A DNA stretch of 9,098 nucleotides from Candidatus Hermodarchaeota archaeon (GTDB lineage: Archaea > Asgardarchaeota > Heimdallarchaeia > Hodarchaeales > Hodarchaeaceae). A program made the translations under genes and the position numbers. Under the pieces are notes generated by a model. The model saw only the letters and a list, made by a program, of their open reading frames with translations, was not told where the DNA came from and ran no database searches. The stretch is taken from the NCBI GenBank assembly GCA_048886185.1, contig JBHLKY010000052.1, positions 1 to 9,098 on the forward strand. The letters are read 5' to 3'. This document shows positions 5,721-9,098 of the stretch, piece after piece (position 1 is the stretch's first letter; each line of letters begins with the position of its first letter).

Positions 5721-8315
5721 ATGAAATTGAAACGATCGAAATTGTTTATGATTACAAGTTTAATAATGCTATCTGCAGTGAATAGTTGTGTGGTAGGACA
5801 AGAGTTTCAATTCACTACAGAAAAAGAATTATTGAATACAAAGGCACTCCAACCTAGATCATGTATACAAAAAGTGACTGGTACCCAATCGTATATTGAA
5901 CGTGGTCCTATCACCATTACCTCTGATTTTCAATTAAACAATTCAGGGTTTCCAGGGAATGGCACCATTGATGATCCCATTCGGATTGAAGGCTATAATT
6001 TCACTGATTCGAGTGGAACGTTAATCTATATTCGGGATACAACCTTCTACTTCGAGATTACGAATAATTATCTTAATGGGTTGTCAAGTGCTTCGAGGGG
6101 TATCCATTTTTACAATGTTATCCATGGAACCATTAGAAATAACACTATTTCTTCTTGTGGGCAAGGGATTGAGTTTTGGTACTCTAATGACAACACAATT
6201 ATCAATAATACCGCATTCAACAATAACTATAACGGAGTCAAGTTTCATTTCACTTCTAATAATAATAAAATCATAAACAATACTATATACAATAATATCC
6301 AAGAAAATGGGATTTGGCTCGAACACTCAAAATATAATACAATTGCAAACAATACTGTGTTTAGTAACGATGACGGAATTAGATTACTCGACTCTAGTAG
6401 TAATAATACGGTGACAAACAACATTGCATTCGATAATAGATGGAATGGAATAGCTGTCCAATGGGATTCTAATAACAACATCATTAGTAAAAATTTTGTG
6501 AATAACAACTTAAAAGATGGAATTAATATTGCTGGGGCTAATAATAACTCTGTTATACAGAATATTGTGAAGAGTAGCAATTGGAGAGGAATAGCAATTG
6601 AAAAAAATTTTGCTGATAATATTGGTTCCGAAAACAATAATATCGATTTTAATATAGTCTATAACAATAGCCAGCAAGGGATTCTCCTTAATGTGGTTAA
6701 TAATAATACTGTTACCAATAATACAGTTTATCTCAACTCCCAGAATGGGATTTGTCTCGAGGAGTCAAATGATAACACTATTGCAGATAATAATATTCAT
6801 GATAATTATTTCACTGGAATTTATCTTCATAACTCAGTCAATAATACGCTGTCCAACAATACTCTGACGAATAACTATTTTAATTTGATTAAATCAGAAA
6901 CATTGTTAACACCGGTCCAAGAGGGGATTTATGATTTCACTGTAACTATCCAGAACATAAGCACTCCAGTTTCAGCTAATTCTGTACCAATCTCATGGGA
7001 AAATGTCTATTATGAATTACCACTTGATAATGGTTATGGAATTCTGGATGAGAACGTTGTTGATCTAGATCTGAACGGGGATAATGATAAAATAGACTTA
7101 TTTGATGTAACATGGTTCCATAATGAAACTCGCTCATGGGATGCTATAATCAACGATGGTTTTCAAGACATTCACGCTTACTCCATCTACGAGGGACTAC
7201 CTGAAGATCCAGGAAGGTATCGAACATATTACATAGACGGAGAATCAAAGCTATTCCAGCTAGGGACTAAAATGCATTCGCTTTATATGGTAAATAAAGA
7301 TCTTGCTGTTTTCGGATTAGAGGACGTGATTATTCTTAACCACCCAAGCCCAAACTTCCTGTTTGTTGTATACTCTCCAATTATCGATGTAACAGACTTT
7401 TACATTAATAATGCACTTATTGAAGTGAACTACACTCATACATTAGCAGCACCACAATTTGGGTTGGACTTGACATTCTATATTATCTCAGCTCAAACAA
7501 TCGGGTCAGCTGAGGTAATAACATTTTCCTGTACAATATTAACCCGCGAAACCATGATTAGTAATGTGGCCTTCCGTATGAACTGGTCACCAGATGGTAA
7601 TACTAGGTCCCAATGGGACTTTTTTACTCAAGAAATCTCGCTCATTGGTGATAACACTCCACCAACGGTGATAATAAATAAACCTCTCGCGCAAACATAT
7701 GTGACTGATACAATCACTATAGCATTGTCAGGCGATGCAACTCATTATTGGTACTATATTGAGTCAGTAGACATACAAAATCAAACCTGGACTAGTAATG
7801 TGACTCGACCATTAAGTGATGGTACCTATACCCTCCATGTGTATGGGGAGGACTCTGTGGGGAATATTGTTCGTAAGTCTGTTACGTTCACAATTGATAA
7901 TACTCCTCCATTGGTAATGATTGATTCCCCCCTCACCCAGATATACACGACTGATACAATCACTATCACATTATCAAGTGATGATGCAGTTAATTACTGG
8001 TACTACATTGAATCAGTAGATACACAAAATCAAACCTGGACTAGTGAAGTGACTCGATCATTAACTGATGGTACCTACACCCTCCACGCGTATGGGGAGG
8101 ACTTTGTGGGGAACATTGGTCACATCTACGTTACATTTACAATTGAAACCGCAGTTCCTACGACAACAACAACGACGATGATACCTAGTTCTACAACCCC
8201 TACCTCAGCAACAACTACTCCTACAAAAACTGTTACTCCTGGCTGGAATGTTCTGCTTTTACTTCTTACTTTATTTCTTATGTTACCACTAAGACAGCGT
8301 AAGAAGAAATCTTAA
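5721..8315 (+). CDS. Cell-surface parallel beta-helix protein with a ~256-aa unrecognised central domain, two Ig-like repeats, a Thr-rich linker and a PGW C-terminal sorting/anchor tail
   Basis: 864 aa. Starts 1 nt after the previous stop (TAA-A-ATG), consistent with translational coupling. Signal peptide, N-cap nearly identical to the 3557 protein, DNTPP...DG.YTLH.YGED.VGN Ig-like repeats, TTTTTT linker, and TPGWNVLLLLLTLFLMLPLRQRKKKS tail. Confidence 0.85.
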   Translation: MKLKRSKLFMITSLIMLSAVNSCVVGQEFQFTTEKELLNTKALQPRSCIQKVTGTQSYIERGPITITSDFQLNNSGFPGNGTIDDPIRIEGYNFTDSSGTLIYIRDTTFYFEITNNYLNGLSSASRGIHFYNVIHGTIRNNTISSCGQGIEFWYSNDNTIINNTAFNNNYNGVKFHFTSNNNKIINNTIYNNIQENGIWLEHSKYNTIANNTVFSNDDGIRLLDSSSNNTVTNNIAFDNRWNGIAVQWDSNNNIISKNFVNNNLKDGINIAGANNNSVIQNIVKSSNWRGIAIEKNFADNIGSENNNIDFNIVYNNSQQGILLNVVNNNTVTNNTVYLNSQNGICLEESNDNTIADNNIHDNYFTGIYLHNSVNNTLSNNTLTNNYFNLIKSETLLTPVQEGIYDFTVTIQNISTPVSANSVPISWENVYYELPLDNGYGILDENVVDLDLNGDNDKIDLFDVTWFHNETRSWDAIINDGFQDIHAYSIYEGLPEDPGRYRTYYIDGESKLFQLGTKMHSLYMVNKDLAVFGLEDVIILNHPSPNFLFVVYSPIIDVTDFYINNALIEVNYTHTLAAPQFGLDLTFYIISAQTIGSAEVITFSCTILTRETMISNVAFRMNWSPDGNTRSQWDFFTQEISLIGDNTPPTVIINKPLAQTYVTDTITIALSGDATHYWYYIESVDIQNQTWTSNVTRPLSDGTYTLHVYGEDSVGNIVRKSVTFTIDNTPPLVMIDSPLTQIYTTDTITITLSSDDAVNYWYYIESVDTQNQTWTSEVTRSLTDGTYTLHAYGEDFVGNIGHIYVTFTIETAVPTTTTTTMIPSSTTPTSATTTPTKTVTPGWNVLLLLLTLFLMLPLRQRKKKS
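7650..8144 (+). repeat. Tandem duplication of an 82/83-aa bacterial-Ig-like domain (7650-7895, 7896-8144)
   Basis: DNTPPTVIINKPLAQTYVTDTITI...YWYYIESVDIQNQTWTS...DGTYTLHVYGEDSVGN versus DNTPPLVMIDSPLTQIYTTDTITI...YWYYIESVDTQNQTWTS...DGTYTLHAYGEDFVGN. The similarity is also visible at DNA level. Confidence 0.9.
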
Positions 8316-8350
8316 ACTTTCTCATACTCCCCTTTACTCCTTTTTTTTCT
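8316..8350 (+). terminator. Pyrimidine/oligo-T tract, candidate archaeal intrinsic terminator for the surface-protein genes
   Basis: ACTTTCTCATACTCCCCTTTACTCC followed by T8 (8341-8348), directly after the stop at 8315. Confidence 0.5.
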
Positions 8351-8385
8351 AAAAGTCTGTAAGTTAACCAAAGTTATAATACATT

Positions 8386-8428
8386 ATACGTATCAACATA
8401 CGTATTTTTGATAACCTATCCAACGCTA
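8386..8428 (+). repeat. Composite unit A: ATACGTAT-N4-ATACGTAT-N6-TAACCTATCCAACGCTA
   Basis: Palindromes at 8386-8393 and 8398-8405; 17-mer copy 2 at 8412-8428. Confidence 0.7.
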
Positions 8429-8490
8429 TTTTCAGTGCGACCCCGTGATATCAGAAGATATTATTTGTCTAATTAATGTTAGATTAGTAA

Positions 8491-8533
8491 TTATATAATT
8501 TTTTATATAAAAACTTTAACCTACCCAACGTTA
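8491..8533 (+). repeat. Composite unit B: TTATATAA-N4-TTATATAA-N6-TAACCTACCCAACGTTA
   Basis: Palindromes at 8491-8498 and 8503-8510; 17-mer copy 3 at 8517-8533. Same spacing as unit A, offset by 105 bp. Confidence 0.7.
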
Positions 8534-8562
8534 TACCACATTAAAAATCCTCATACTTAATT

Positions 8563-8576
8563 GAAAGAAAAAAGGG
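8563..8576 (-). terminator. Possible oligo-T terminator for the 9062 gene
   Basis: The minus strand reads CCC-TTTTTT-C-TTT-C about 110 nt after the stop at 8688. Weak. Confidence 0.25.
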
Positions 8577-8687
8577 AGACCTCCATCCTCGTTGCTTGAA
8601 GTGTGACTATTTACTGTTTATTGATAATCATGATATCTTCAGAGTGAAACTTAAATAATCCAATGACTGAATTAGGAGGAATCCAAA

Positions 8688-9062
8688 TTAATGAAAGCAT
8701 TCTAGAATTTTGGTGTTCCATATTTCTTCAAGAATAAGAGCTAGCCAGCCTACTCTATGAATGAGGACATTAATATCTTTCCAATCAACATCAGCTAGTA
8801 GTTCTAGCAGTTGGTCTCCAGTAGTTTCTAGAAGCTCCTCTGTTAAGGAAATACGTCTGTTCTCGATTTCTTCAATAAAGTTCAAGATCGAATCTTCTGA
8901 AGCTTTTTTATTCTTAATCATTTGTCCTAAGATAAGTCCTGTTGCTTTTACAATCAAATCAGCTTTATCATGTTTCGCAAGATTGGGGAAATCGCCTTTG
9001 AAAAATAGTTTTGCCGTTCTCACATAGAGAGTTTGACTTTTTAATTGATTTTTTTCATTCAT
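8688..9062 (-). CDS. Hypothetical small, mostly helical protein
   Basis: 124 aa, ATG start, GGTGG 13 nt upstream, amphipathic helical pattern with an acidic middle (EEIENRRISLTEELLE). No family recognised. Confidence 0.65.
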   Translation of the reverse strand: MNEKNQLKSQTLYVRTAKLFFKGDFPNLAKHDKADLIVKATGLILGQMIKNKKASEDSILNFIEEIENRRISLTEELLETTGDQLLELLADVDWKDINVLIHRVGWLALILEEIWNTKILECFH

Positions 9063-9098
9063 TGAAACTCTTTTTCCACCAGGAACTACTAATTTTAA

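Noticed and set aside
3737-5993. Diversity-generating retroelement template/variable repeat pair
   Set aside because: The differences are synonymous third-position changes, not adenine-specific, and there is no reverse transcriptase.
480-6637. Short overlapping ORFs in the track (480-671, 1912-2094, 2132-2326, 2571-2789, 4185-4367, 4404-4607, 4571-4771, 4681-4929, 6076-6276, 6084-6326, 6245-6637)
   Set aside because: All lie within long, motif-bearing CDSs. Their Leu/Ile/Tyr-rich content is what shifted or antisense Asn/Ile codons produce.
1715-8315. nosD / nitrous oxide reductase maturation or pectate lyase function
   Set aside because: Only the fold is shared. There are no nosZ/F/Y neighbours and no catalytic residues I can identify.
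8412-8533. CRISPR mini-array
   Set aside because: The repeat is only 17 bp with an 88-bp gap, there are two adjacent copies, and no cas genes are present.
8409-8536. Integron attC site (ATAAC...GTTAT ends)
   Set aside because: The L boxes are not complementary, so the attC hairpin cannot form, and no integrase is visible. Only the core-like trinucleotides match.
8663-9027. Plus-strand ORFs 8761-9027 and a 24-aa ORF from 8663
   Set aside because: Both are antisense to the better-supported 124-aa gene and are low-complexity or very short.

Overview
AT-rich window, probably from an Asgard archaeon (Heimdallarchaeia/Hodarchaeales-like). The taxon is inferred from a GGTGA-type SD, PG-x C-terminal sorting tails and the style of the beta-helix surface proteins; no marker gene confirms it. 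Gene order: possible truncated membrane protein (-), a QueG/reductive-dehalogenase-superfamily cobalamin/2x[4Fe-4S] protein (+), three paralogous parallel beta-helix (NosD/pectin-lyase-like) exported proteins (+), and a convergent 124-aa orphan (-). The first beta-helix gene ends in a TM helix plus a cytoplasmic MarR-like winged HTH, so it looks like a transmembrane one-component regulator. The next two have Ig/Fn3-like stalks, Ser/Thr linkers and PG-x/TM/basic tails. A non-coding 17-bp motif (TAACCTANCCAACGYTA) brackets the three-gene block; on the right side it is part of two composite units 105 bp apart, each with paired palindromes. No RNA genes, CRISPR array, transposase or integrase were recognised.
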